A stretch of 64,000 nucleotides of DNA from sequence record NC_031039.1. One strand, given 5' to 3'. The stretch's first letter is position 1; every line of letters starts with the position of its first letter. The notes under the pieces were generated by a model. It was not told the origin of the DNA. It ran no database searches and saw only the letters and a program-made list of their open reading frames with translations. Of this stretch, positions 52,159-63,760 are shown piece after piece. Made by a program: the position numbers and the translations under genes.

Positions 52159-53090
52159 CGGATACATCAAAGTATCTCAACCAAAGTGACATTGAAAATA
52201 TTGTGAAAGTAAATAAAATTAAAAAGGATATTACTAGTTTTTTTGATATGGATTTATTCATCAATAAGATGAGAGATATTATTGATGAATCTGAACATTT
52301 TGACTTTAGAAGTAAAACTTCACGATTATATATTGAAAAAGAAAGACCAAATTTTATTTTAAAATATGTATCAGATGAACTAACAAATAAAATTAATTCT
52401 GTACAAGGTTCTGATCCAGAAGAAACTGAGTCAATTCAAATTGATATTATTACTGAATACATCTTTAATGATGTTATCTCTAAATTTTCTACTTTTGTTA
52501 CTGATTGTATTAAAGACACAGAAAAATTAAATGATTTATTTTCAGATATTCCAGATGATATCAAAGATATTCTAATTTCAAATATTTATACAATTAGACC
52601 TGATATCAAGGGAAATAACATTCAAGTACTTTATTTTATTTAATAAAAAAGATTACAGGGGGTTTTCATAATGTGGAAACAAGCATTAAAATTAAAAGGT
52701 ACAAAAGATTTAATTGATGAAGAAATTATTAACTTAGATGATGTAATTCTAACAAAACCTGTTTACAATAAAGTAAAGAATACTATTGAAAAAGCAATTG
52801 CACGCAATGAATTAGTTACTACTAATTTAAAAGGAGTAGGAAAGACAACTGCTGTTATTAAATTAGCTAAGAAGTATGATCTGAGTGTAGTTACTCTTCA
52901 TTCTGAAGTGGAAGAATTATCAGAAAAGTTTAATTATGGTAGAATTTATTCTTTACAGATGATAACTGGAAATTTAGATGATTATAAAAACCATAAATTT
53001 ATTGTAGACTGCGGAAGAAATACTGAGGGAGTAATTAATGCATTAAGAAATAATGGTCTTAATGTAATTTCAGGTGTTATATGTAATTAA
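52137..53090 (+). CDS. Hypothetical protein (52137-52643) and small P-loop-like protein (52671-53090)
   Basis: KGVGKTT in the second ORF; first start uncertain. Confidence 0.5.
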
Positions 53091-53092
53091 TA

Positions 53093-53132
53093 AAAACGAT
53101 AAATCATATTATATAATATGATTTATCGTTTT
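53093..53132. terminator. Bidirectional terminator (perfect 40-bp palindrome)
   Basis: AAAACGATAAATCATATTATATAATATGATTTATCGTTTT between convergent genes. Confidence 0.8.
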
Positions 53133-53135
53133 ACT

Positions 53136-53975
53136 CTATTTATTAAAGAATCTAGGAAGGGCTTTTCTTAATTGTTCTCCATCAAACTCTACTAATCTTA
53201 GAGTATTTAGTGTTTCCAATAGAGTATAATCAAATAGGCTTTCAGCCATTGCTTGTTCAAGAATTTCCTGATCTACTTCAGTCTTTTCATTCTCTTTTAA
53301 AGCCATTTTAACATTTTGAACCTGAAGATTTTTAAATAGAGTATCTTTTGGTTTAATTGGGCTTTCAGATTCACTAATAGCTACAGCAATATCTCTTTCA
53401 GTTTTAACAACATTAACTACTTTATTGGTAATTACCTCGGATACATACTCAACATACGTTTTAATATCCTTATTAAATGATTCACTAACGATTTTTACAT
53501 CCTCTTCATTATCTTTAACTGGGAACATTTTTTCAATATGATATTCAATTGATTCCATAACACTTTGCATTGTAGTACTTTTAACCATTTCAAAAGTTCC
53601 ATTTGAAATAAGATTATCAGTAATTCCTTTAACTTGTTTAGTCATATATTCTTTGTTTAATTTTTTGACATCTTCATCAAGAGGTAGAGCGTTATATACT
53701 ACACTAGATAAAAAATGTTCAAGTAATTCTTTAGACTGTTGACTTTCAAATTGTTTCTTTTCAATAAGTCTAGCTCTCTTTTGTCTAGCACGTTTATTAC
53801 CAGCTAGGAAGGCAACTTCATTATTTGTCTCTTCAATATTATTTATAACGCTCTCATTAAATACTTCTTCCTGTTTTTTACCTTCAGATAAAACTTCAGA
53901 AAATCCAAGTGATTGATTAAACCGTCTCTTTCTAAACTTTGTATTTTTACTGGAAAATGTTTCCATTAAGTTCAC
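53136..53975 (-). CDS. Late virion protein, probably head
   Basis: Late promoter at 53990; LSE/FNE/VSE sites. Confidence 0.45.
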   Translation of the reverse strand: MNLMETFSSKNTKFRKRRFNQSLGFSEVLSEGKKQEEVFNESVINNIEETNNEVAFLAGNKRARQKRARLIEKKQFESQQSKELLEHFLSSVVYNALPLDEDVKKLNKEYMTKQVKGITDNLISNGTFEMVKSTTMQSVMESIEYHIEKMFPVKDNEEDVKIVSESFNKDIKTYVEYVSEVITNKVVNVVKTERDIAVAISESESPIKPKDTLFKNLQVQNVKMALKENEKTEVDQEILEQAMAESLFDYTLLETLNTLRLVEFDGEQLRKALPRFFNK

Positions 53976-53982
53976 CCTCTTT

Positions 53983-56697
53983 TTAGATATAATTAATTGT
54001 TATCGTATGTGTATAATACTGTTCAACACCCAAATCAGTATTATTTGAAGATAATTGCTTTCTTAGGTTTAAATATTCAGGTACATAATCAATAATTTCT
54101 TGTTTAGTCATATCTAAGAATGATGAATGACTAGATTCAATCTTTTGTACAACTTTATCATTAATTGAATTAAACTCAATATATCTTATGATATCAAAAT
54201 TTTCTTCTAATCGTCTGATTAAATTAGAAATAGGGAAAATTTCTTCATCATTACAGCTTTCTACAAAATCTGAAATATAGCTTTTAATTGCAATATCTGT
54301 TTCACTTGTAACGGCATTATTAGCGTATATAGTGAGATTAAGATCAAGATCAATTCTATCCAGACCCTTTAATATATACTTATTCTGAGTACTATCCCAA
54401 ACTTTTCCTGTATCATACCAAGATGATTTACCATAAGTGTTATAAAATTTAACATCAATACTTGTATTATTCTCAAGTTTATCCATATTGTCCGTTAGAG
54501 ATAAAATAAATTTATCCATTAAATCATAGACTAACGGATAATTATATTGAAAATAAGTATATTCAATTAATGGAATCGATTTTAATTTAAAACCACTTTC
54601 AGTTGGAAATATATTACTCTCAATTACATTAGACATATTTGAGAATAGATTTATAGGATCATCATTTCTTAGTAGACATACTACACCAAAATCAGTCATA
54701 TCTGGCATTTTTAATACATCTGTAGTCTTTTCAGTACTAAAATCATTTTTATAGAGAATTACAACATCAAGATTAACATCACTATCAATAAATGCATTTT
54801 TAACAGTAGTCATCCCTTCATTATCCAAAATAGGACTTGAATCAAGAGTATAAAGACTATTATAAATATTCAATTTGTTATTGCTAATTGAATTCCACTT
54901 TTCTGTTGCTAGATACCCTTCATATAATAACTCTGTATCACTAGTTCTATTGAAATCAAAATAGCCATATATTTCCCCAGTAGTTGATTTAAGTATCCCT
55001 CGTATCTTAACATTATCATCAAAATTGTCATCAATTAAGTTTGTTACAAGTGATAGATTAAATTTATATACATCTTCTGACATATTATCTCTAGTTAAAT
55101 CAAAAGATGATACCATAAATTGATAAGGAATACTTGGATTAATATAATTATAGGATAAGCTAACATCTTTATTTGCATGAGTTTTATAGTAAATGGATGA
55201 TAAAACAGGATCCTTTTCTACTTTAATAAGATAAGGAATTGCATATACTAAATATTTTGGATTATTAAGATACTCTTCTACCTCTAATTTGTGCCAAACC
55301 ATAAAATAGATATCATTTTCAATATCATAAATTACTGCACTATTTTCTGGAATAATATAATTATTATTTGACATTTCATTATTACTAATAAATAATGAAG
55401 GAATAGTTGTTGTTGGCATCACCATATTCTCATTGTTTCTCAAAAGAATATATGAATTCCATAGTCTCTTAATTGCATCATTTCTCTTTTTAATGAACTT
55501 AATCTTACTGTTATTTATCTTATCAGAAGAATTAATCTTATTGAAGTATAAGTCTAGATCATAATCTGTAATAAGATTATCTCTCACTAAATAATCTTCA
55601 ATTAATTTATTTTTAATATCAGCATAAGAAGGTTTATCAGCACCTCCAGAAGCATCAGTAATAGGTTGAATATAAATAGGTATTCTACCCATTTCAGTAT
55701 CATTTAGATAGTTGATAAGAATTTCTCCACTAAATGAGAAATTAGCGGTTGATCCGTCAGTAGTAAATATTTCTACTTCTAAAGTTGAATTAAAACGTGG
55801 TCTGAAATTATTTGGTAAGGCAGAAAATGATATTTCAATTTTATTGTCATCTATAAAAGTGTAATAACAATACTTTTCATCTTCAGGAGGTGTATAAGTG
55901 TTATTAAAGTAAGTTTTTAATAATTCACGTTCTCCATTATATGTGTAGTATACATTAAAATAGGCAAGTTGTCCTTGATAGTTAATATCATAAAATAAAT
56001 TTTCCGATATATCTTCTGATGAGACAGTGATTGAACTGGTATCTTTTTCCATTTGATAAATATCTACACCCATGAAAATATATTTCTCACCATTATAGTT
56101 GGCTTCCCATAGTTTTAGATAGGGATTCTTAACTGTAAAAAATGGAAAAGTAGATTCATCGTACATGTATCTAGCGATTACACTATAATCATTATTAACA
56201 TTATTTGCCTTAAAGATTAATTGAATTGGAAATGGAATCATGAAATTATAATCCCCAACACTAAGCAAATAATCATTATTTATGATAAACTCATAAGCAC
56301 TATCAGAATCTGATAGATTCTCATCTGAATCAATTTTTCTAAATTTTGTACTATTTATAACATCACTTTTCTTTACACTAAAGTTAATCTTCATATGTGA
56401 TGGTGTTGCCATAGAGATCTGTGAATTTTGTACTTTAGCAAAATTATAAATAGATTTTGGAATAGATGCTGTGTTTAGGAAATGTTCATCATACAGGATA
56501 TTTCTATGATAAATATTATTCTTTATCTCATTGGACATAACTTCATTATTATATCCAAATAAACCTGCTTTAAGTAAACTAATACTCACTTCATCATTAT
56601 CATCAATTCCAAAATATTTTTTAGCGATTTCTAGCCATTTATCCTCAATACTATAAGATGTATTATTGACTGTTATAATACTATTCTCTTCTGCCAT
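53983..56697 (-). CDS. Baseplate wedge protein (T4 gp6/baseplate J-like)
   Basis: GLFGY.NE..E.FLNTA.IP.SIY..A...A.PS N-terminus; GGADKPS..IK; TDYDLD. Confidence 0.6.
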   Translation of the reverse strand: MAEENSIITVNNTSYSIEDKWLEIAKKYFGIDDNDEVSISLLKAGLFGYNNEVMSNEIKNNIYHRNILYDEHFLNTASIPKSIYNFAKVQNSQISMATPSHMKINFSVKKSDVINSTKFRKIDSDENLSDSDSAYEFIINNDYLLSVGDYNFMIPFPIQLIFKANNVNNDYSVIARYMYDESTFPFFTVKNPYLKLWEANYNGEKYIFMGVDIYQMEKDTSSITVSSEDISENLFYDINYQGQLAYFNVYYTYNGERELLKTYFNNTYTPPEDEKYCYYTFIDDNKIEISFSALPNNFRPRFNSTLEVEIFTTDGSTANFSFSGEILINYLNDTEMGRIPIYIQPITDASGGADKPSYADIKNKLIEDYLVRDNLITDYDLDLYFNKINSSDKINNSKIKFIKKRNDAIKRLWNSYILLRNNENMVMPTTTIPSLFISNNEMSNNNYIIPENSAVIYDIENDIYFMVWHKLEVEEYLNNPKYLVYAIPYLIKVEKDPVLSSIYYKTHANKDVSLSYNYINPSIPYQFMVSSFDLTRDNMSEDVYKFNLSLVTNLIDDNFDDNVKIRGILKSTTGEIYGYFDFNRTSDTELLYEGYLATEKWNSISNNKLNIYNSLYTLDSSPILDNEGMTTVKNAFIDSDVNLDVVILYKNDFSTEKTTDVLKMPDMTDFGVVCLLRNDDPINLFSNMSNVIESNIFPTESGFKLKSIPLIEYTYFQYNYPLVYDLMDKFILSLTDNMDKLENNTSIDVKFYNTYGKSSWYDTGKVWDSTQNKYILKGLDRIDLDLNLTIYANNAVTSETDIAIKSYISDFVESCNDEEIFPISNLIRRLEENFDIIRYIEFNSINDKVVQKIESSHSSFLDMTKQEIIDYVPEYLNLRKQLSSNNTDLGVEQYYTHTITINYI

Positions 56698-56708
56698 TGT
56701 GTCTCCTC

Positions 56709-57641
56709 CTATTTAAAGAATTTAAGTTTAAATGATGTCTTTGGATGTAGAGAATCATTTTCATAAGGATCAGTTTTAACAACAAGAACTTTAGTTGCTT
56801 TCACATTAGATTCAGTAAAGTTATAAGGTAATAAATCATTCGTTGTATAGGGAATAACACCTTTATTAGAACCTTCAGTTGAATATCTTAACGCTTCAGA
56901 ATCTAATGTTGCTACTTTATTAAAGTCCATAAGGATTGCTGGATCTAGATCTTCTTTGAACGAGTAACTATATTCTACTGATATTTCTGGAATATCATGA
57001 TCCTTGCCATCAGTTGCTAGGTTAGCATAGGGAACTGAAATAGGAACTGCACCAGTATATTTAGAGAAATATAAAATAGTCTCACCATCAAAATCTAAAA
57101 GAAAGTAGTAAATTGAACTCACATAGTCTAAATATCTCTTTTTTATAGCATCTTTTGAAGGTGAAAATGTACCACGTCTTACATTTTCAGTATATTCTAC
57201 CCATGCCTTATGTAACTTAATAATGGGTAGACTTTTATATTCCTCAAATTTAACAGTAGTAGTATCACCAACTAGACTATCTACAAGTGAAATTGGTAAA
57301 GTTTGTTTATATCCATAGAATGTTTCTCCAACATCAATTGTCCTTGCCGCTAAATCCTTACCATCCATTCCTCTAAATGCATTTGTTAAAATTTTAATAA
57401 ATGGACTAACTGTTTTTCCATTAGTAGTTAGTGCATTAAAAAGATCAGGTTCTAATGTTTCTAAATACATTAGAAAACTATCTCTTCGAGTGTTAAGTTT
57501 ATCTAGATTTAATTTTGGTGTAGTAATAAAAATGTATGGTATACCTTTTACTAATACATCATGATCTTTTGGATCTCCTCTTCTATATACATCATATTCT
57601 TTGATTATATCAATATGAGGATATAAGTTGAACTCAGACAT
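56709..57641 (-). CDS. Tail tube-like/baseplate hub protein
   Basis: GETFYG...T.V.F.E......LHKAWVEY pattern of the gp19/gp54 fold; late promoter at 57668. Confidence 0.5.
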   Translation of the reverse strand: MSEFNLYPHIDIIKEYDVYRRGDPKDHDVLVKGIPYIFITTPKLNLDKLNTRRDSFLMYLETLEPDLFNALTTNGKTVSPFIKILTNAFRGMDGKDLAARTIDVGETFYGYKQTLPISLVDSLVGDTTTVKFEEYKSLPIIKLHKAWVEYTENVRRGTFSPSKDAIKKRYLDYVSSIYYFLLDFDGETILYFSKYTGAVPISVPYANLATDGKDHDIPEISVEYSYSFKEDLDPAILMDFNKVATLDSEALRYSTEGSNKGVIPYTTNDLLPYNFTESNVKATKVLVVKTDPYENDSLHPKTSFKLKFFK

Positions 57642-57721
57642 TTATAAACCTCCTAAAAGCGAATCTTTATTTAATTGTTCTAAGTAAAAGAAAACTCATT
57701 TTTCAAATATATATTATAAGA

Positions 57722-57985
57722 ATGTTGAAGTAAGTAAATATCAGAGTATATAGACCTTAATAAATCTCTAAATAGGAAGCATACAACCACCTTGATGACG
57801 CTTCCGCTTCTTCAACATATAAAGATGGAGGAAGATAAACTCATGTTTAAGGCATTAAGAACAGTATTGTCAATCATTGGATTACAATAAATTGGGAACC
57901 CTAAAACTAGGTTTATATACTATAACGCCATTAGCGATTAAGTTCGCTAATGGCAAATAGGTGGTTATATTTTTTTATTTTTTTC
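57722..57985 (+). ncRNA. Candidate structured RNA with two long-range (pseudoknot) pairings
   Basis: Early promoter at 57705; stems 57722-30/57810-18, 57775-80/57800-05, 57927-37/57944-54; long-range pairs 57746-57/57909-20 and 57785-92/57959-66; poly-U end. Confidence 0.55.
57843..57890 (+). CDS. 15-aa amphipathic peptide MFKALRTVLSIIGLQ
   Basis: GGAGG at 57827-31, ATG 57843, TAA 57888-90; translation unproven. Confidence 0.4.
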   Translation: MFKALRTVLSIIGLQ

Positions 57986-58064
57986 TTTTCCTCCTTTGTT
58001 AACAAATAATTAATGCTAAATAAATATCATTTAATAATGATAGAAAGGAAAGGTTGAGAAACGA

Positions 58065-60377
58065 ATGGATATTAATACACTAATGAATTTTATCTCTGCT
58101 TTCGGTTTCGGAAAAGATTTAAATAAAGATAAATCACCGAGAACTAAAGATTGGGAGACTGCGGCTGAAATTCTTGGCGCTACAGCTACTGCAAGAAGAG
58201 GTAGTATTAAATATAGAGCAAAAGATTTAATTGCTCACTATCCTGTTTTATTTTCTGATAATCTTACTTCTCATTCAGTACAGCTTGTAAATCGTGCATT
58301 AGAACATGAATATGTAAATATGTTAAAGCTACTTATTCAAAATGATGGTGCAGACGGTTTTGAAAATACTGCATCATATTTAAAAGGATACCATCAAAAT
58401 ATTAGTCATGATGCAAATCTTGATTCTCATTTATCTAAAAGTACAGATGAACTAGAAAGAAGATTTTCAGAGTCTGTAATTACTGAAAATGATTTAAGAG
58501 ATGCTAATAAAAAATTACTTGAAAGTTTTAGTGATGATTTAAACCTTCAAGTATTAAATGATTCTACTGTTAGTAAAGAATATAAAAATTTATTAGAAGA
58601 TAAAAAAGATGATTCAAATAACAAAAAAGTTGAAAAAGAATTATCTGCAAAACCAAAAATTGATAATACAGAAATTAAAAAAGCAAATGAATTAACTCCA
58701 ACTAATGTTTCTGTGGATATTGATTATGAAACTAATAATGGAACAGTTCATAAGACCATTTCATTTGGAGTTAAATGTGTTGCTCACCTTCTTGATTCTC
58801 AAGATATCGAGTATTTTCTCCCAAATGCTGTAATTACTAAAACACCAATCATGCGTATGATTCAATGGACATCAGGGGAGATTAAATTCTTTAAAGATTT
58901 CTTATTTTCTATTGATGAAATTAAAAGAACTGCTGTTAAATCAAATGATAAAAATAGCTTCTGGTGGAGAAAACTACAAACAATCTCAAAAGTAGCTCAT
59001 GCTCGTCCTTCTTTATTTGCATTAAGTAAAGGAAGAAAACTAGGGAAAGCTCCTATTCCTACCTCTACAATGGTAATCAGTAAAGAAAATGTAGACAATA
59101 TTCGTCATAAACATGGTATTGATCTTCTTGCAAAACCTTCATTCGTTAAAAAGATTATGAAGAATTTCTTCTTAATGACTTTTATCATTGTTGATGAAAG
59201 TATTGAAACGGTATATATCTTTAATGAAGATACCAGCGATTTCAGTCATTATTCTTTCAGATCATTAGAAGGTTTCTCAAAACAAAAAAATATTGATATA
59301 AAAGATATTTATAGTCTTTTAAAATAAAAGAGGTGAGTATATATGTTTTTTGAAAAGAAAACCACTCTATTAGAACAAAATGATGAATTTTTAGGTGGAA
59401 TTCTTATTCGTGAAGATAGCGAATGGAGTAAGTACAAAATTCAAAGTTTAGCTGAAGATATTAAATCTGATGTTACAGACCGTGTTGTCACAAACTTATT
59501 TAGTGACATTAAATCAAAAGCACTTAGTGTTGATTTCGCTATAGTTGATAAGTCAAAGGGTGATATCACTCGCCTAGCTAATTACAATACTATTTCTAAT
59601 GCTATTTCCTTTATTAAAAAAGGAGTTAGTGGACAAAGTGATGACGCTCAAATTGTCAAAGCTGTGAGTCAGCTTGAATTCACTTTAAATACTCTTATTA
59701 AATATAAAAAAGATTTTCAGCGTGGATTTATGTTAAATGATTCAATTACTCGTTACCTGTATAATTCTATCGTTATTGCTATTATTCAAGGAACTTCCTA
59801 TTTGGTTTCAGAGACTGTCCAGCTAACAAAAGATAATCTAAATTTGTATAATGTCACTTATAGAGATTCCAAAGAAATCTTTAATAACAATCACATTAAA
59901 TCAATCTCAGTATTTAATCAATTGGAACGAAAAGGTCAGCTGGTTAAGTTATTTAAAGAATCACATAACTTGGCTGAAAATACTTTAATCAACATTGGTA
60001 AAGATGTATTGAAGCGCCTATCTGATCTTGGTGGAGTTACTAAGTGGATTGCAATTCTTGGTTTAATTGGATTTTCTTTGACCTTTATTAGAAGTATTAT
60101 TTTCTTGTATTTCAATTCAAGAGTTAAATTATCTCAGTATCTTACACATTTAAAAGATTTTGTTGAAATGAATTCATCAACTCTTGAACATGATGCTAAA
60201 AAAGTAAGAGAACGTCAAGAAAAAATTGCTCAAGCTCTTGGAAAATTATCTGATCGAATTCGAGTTGACCAAAACGTAGCAAATGACAGAGCAAATAGTC
60301 AAATTGAAGAATCAAATAAAATTATTGCTATTGATAACAGCCCATCTAATAATAGCACTAGTTTAGATTTATATTAA
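58065..60377 (+). CDS. Two late head-associated virion proteins (58065-59327, 59343-60377)
   Basis: Late promoter at 58001; LLE/ITE/IRE putative protease sites. Confidence 0.55.
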
Positions 60378-60450
60378 AATTATAAATACAAATAAACATA
60401 TAATTAGTAAAATTAAATAATAACCTAATTCCGAAGGGAGAAAATAAATA

Positions 60451-62527
60451 ATGAAAAATCTGTTTCTATTAGAAGATGTTGAGTTGGATGAAACAAAAGA
60501 AGAGGAAAAAGAAGTTGTAACTGAAGCAGTTATTGAAGATAAAACTGGTCTTATTGCTCTTACTCTTGAGGCTGAAATGAGCTGGAATAACCTTCATACT
60601 GAAATCGTCAAAGAAGAATTTCAAGCAATCATGAAAGAAGATGAAGAACAGGCAACTAAAAGTCGTTCAGAATTCTTCAAGAAAGCAATTGCTTTCTTCC
60701 AAGAATTATGGAAAAAATTTGTACAAGTTATTCGGAATCTAGTATCTCGTCTTCAAGTACAGTTTACTAATGGGGAAAAATTCTTAGCTTCTCGTAAGGA
60801 AAAATTAGCTCGTTATCAAGGTGATAAAACTGTTTCTATCTACAATTGGAAAGTTAAAGGAATGCTTGGAATTGCTAAAGAATTCCCAACTAATCGTTTA
60901 GGTGGCAGTCTTGTAGGAGCTATTAATCAAGCCGCTAAGAGTGGAAAAGCTGTTTCAGCTGATGAAATTGCTAAAGGATTAGGTTTTGAATCCTTCTCTG
61001 CTATTGATAAAGGTGTAGTTGCTAAAGCTCGTGGAAATGAAAAAGTTGAAGTTAAAGTTAGTCCACAAGTTCTTTCATCTGCGGCTAATGATGTCAAATC
61101 TGCTAAACAAATTCTAGGTATTGTTAATCAACTTGGAAAACAATCTCAAGGAATCATCCAAGAAGGACGTAAAGCGGCTACCGCTGGCTTAAATGCAAAA
61201 GATCCTCAAGATCAACAAAAACAAAGTGCGGCTGTTCAAACTGCAAAAGCAGCTCAATCAGTTCTTAACAAAGTACTAAATGTATTTGTTAAACTTGAAG
61301 TTGAGTGTTATGGAGATTCTATGCGTATTGTTTCTGCGGCTACTTCTGGTGGAAGTGCAGGAATGAAAGCTGATAAAAAGGCTTCTAAAAATGCGGCTAA
61401 AGGAAAACGTGGAAACGAACTAGCAGTAAGTGAAGATGTTGAACTTGATGAAGAACAACCAATTCTTACTCTTGAAGATTTTGAAGAAGATGAAGAAACA
61501 AAAGAAGAAGAGATTGCACTAGAAGATCTAGAGGATCTCAATTTAGAAGATCTAGAAGAAATTGAATAATATAAATGAGGATACGATTCTAATATGAATC
61601 GTATCCTTTTTAATAAAGTATAAGGGGGAATTATTAATGGAATTTTTAAATGACTCAATAATGACAACTGATATATTAGAAGCAGAAATGAATTTTAATA
61701 ATATCTATCATGAACTTTTATCTGAGGAAATTAGTTTATTTCTAAATGAGGATGACCCTATTGATCACAATCCAAATCCTACTGACTATAAAATGAGGAT
61801 AAAAGAAGTTGCAAATAAATTGTTGCAAGCCATAATAGATATTTGGATTGCTTTTATATCTAGAATTAAAGATGTAGTAAATAAAATTATTATCCATATG
61901 AAATTAGCAGATAAATTTATGGATCAAAATAGAAAATATCTTCAAGAATTTGAAAAGACAAATATGTATTTTTCAGATAAAAAGATTAAAGTAAGTCCAC
62001 TATTATTTGATCATCGAAGATTTGATACCGTAATGAATGCTGTTAGATCAGTTAAGATTGTTTCTGATGATATTATGAAGGTAAAAATTAGACCAGAGGA
62101 TATTAGTAAGGATACCATTCAGAAAGAATTAAGTATGAAATTAAGTAATGCTAAAAAAGAAATCAATAAAATGATTGTTGAAAAAGAAGAAGTAACACCA
62201 AATAAAGATTTATATGAAAAAAGTAAATTATTCTTACTTAAAGGTTATGATAGTTTAGTAGCTGAATTTAGTAAAATGTATAAGACTACAGATTCAATTA
62301 TTAGAACTAGTAAAAATAATTTTATAAGTAAATTTAATGTTGATACTTCTACAAGAGATGGAAAATTAGCTGTTAATGGTTATATTGAAATCTCAAGAAT
62401 GTGTGTTTCAACTGTTATTGAATGTTATTCTAGAATGCTTAGTCTCTTGAATCAATTATATACTGATTCATTTACAGTATGTAGGATGACAGTAGCTGAA
62501 GTTAAAAAAAGAAGAAATAATGACTAA
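60451..62527 (+). CDS. Two paralogous internal head proteins (60451-61569, 61637-62527)
   Basis: Acidic LxE-rich propeptides then F.KKAI.F..ELWKKF / L.QAIIDIWIAF helix; late promoter at 60395. Confidence 0.55.
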
Positions 62528-62532
62528 TGTCA

Positions 62533-63723
62533 TTATTTCTTTTTAAAGTATAATTTAGCCTGTAAGTCTGAATATCCATTACTTCCTACATTAAATATAG
62601 AACTAGATTTTAGAATATGATATTCCCCACTATAGTTACTGTAGTTATTAGCGGCAAAATTAAAATAAAATTGGTTATTACATGATATAGCATCTATATC
62701 AATAGCGTCTAAAGTGCATGTCAAAAAAATTCCTTTTTTAGAATTTGTTACAATTTCCTTTTCTTTATGCTTATTATTATACCTATTATAATAAACTCTT
62801 GTTTTAATTTCATTAGTACCATAATCATTTCTCACAATATCGCTGTTACTTTGAGAAATAATAATATTATGAGTACCAAGGAATTCTTTTCTAGAATCAG
62901 AATAGTTTATAAATTTTATATTAGAGATATGAACTTTAGCTGAGTAGAAATCTCCAGATTCTGTTACTGTATCATTATAGAATAATGAATCTCCTTCAGC
63001 AGTATCACTAACAACCTTTATATGAGTATTTTTATATTTACCTTCTAATACAGGTAAATTAGAATTATCATGTTTATTAATAATATAATATGCATTAAAA
63101 TCTAGGAATATTCTTAGTCCATAATTATATATTCCATAAACAGTATCAAGATATTTCATTGATCTAATAATATTATTAGGAGGTAGTATAATTTGATCAT
63201 ATATAATTTGATTATCTGGTTTTTCAAATATAATTGGTTTTGATGGAAATTTTTGTGCAAGATATAAAATTGTACTCTCAATATCAGAGTCTTTTAAAAC
63301 TGTGTTAACTAGTCTTTTATTATTCGATAAATCTTCTTCACTCATTAATAAAAAAGTAGTTCTTAAACTAGGAATCTGATCAGTAACACTATTTAAACCT
63401 TCAGGCATATTAATTGGAGAAATATCCTTATCAACTGGTATAAAAATTTTATTTTTCATATAATACGTAAAGATAGTTGTATCATTACTCTCCAAATTTT
63501 CATGTTTGTATTTTTTAATAGTTATTGAGAATTTACATGAATCATTTTTCTGAATTAGATAATAACTTTCAAAATCTAATTCTACATTTAATCTTAAAAT
63601 AGGAAATACATTATTATCATAATCATTAATTATTTCTATGCTCCTAAACATACTGTCTAATACTATTGGATTATCAATTCCGTCAATGGCAACAAATCCT
63701 TCTATTAAATAAGAAGCATCCAT
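62533..63723 (-). CDS. Putative baseplate hub/tail protein
   Basis: 396-aa beta-rich ORF, GGAGG SD; I.NDYDNNVFP.L.L.V pattern; assignment weak. Confidence 0.4.
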   Translation of the reverse strand: MDASYLIEGFVAIDGIDNPIVLDSMFRSIEIINDYDNNVFPILRLNVELDFESYYLIQKNDSCKFSITIKKYKHENLESNDTTIFTYYMKNKIFIPVDKDISPINMPEGLNSVTDQIPSLRTTFLLMSEEDLSNNKRLVNTVLKDSDIESTILYLAQKFPSKPIIFEKPDNQIIYDQIILPPNNIIRSMKYLDTVYGIYNYGLRIFLDFNAYYIINKHDNSNLPVLEGKYKNTHIKVVSDTAEGDSLFYNDTVTESGDFYSAKVHISNIKFINYSDSRKEFLGTHNIIISQSNSDIVRNDYGTNEIKTRVYYNRYNNKHKEKEIVTNSKKGIFLTCTLDAIDIDAISCNNQFYFNFAANNYSNYSGEYHILKSSSIFNVGSNGYSDLQAKLYFKKK

Positions 63724-63760
63724 TATAATTACCTCCTTATAAAAAAAAAGATAGCAAACG

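Noticed and set aside
57722-57985. tmRNA, 6S RNA, RNase P or hammerhead identity for the structured RNA
   Set aside because: No GGGG/CCA acceptor or T-arm, no ALAA-type tag, no P4 consensus, and UUGAUGA is not a full hammerhead core
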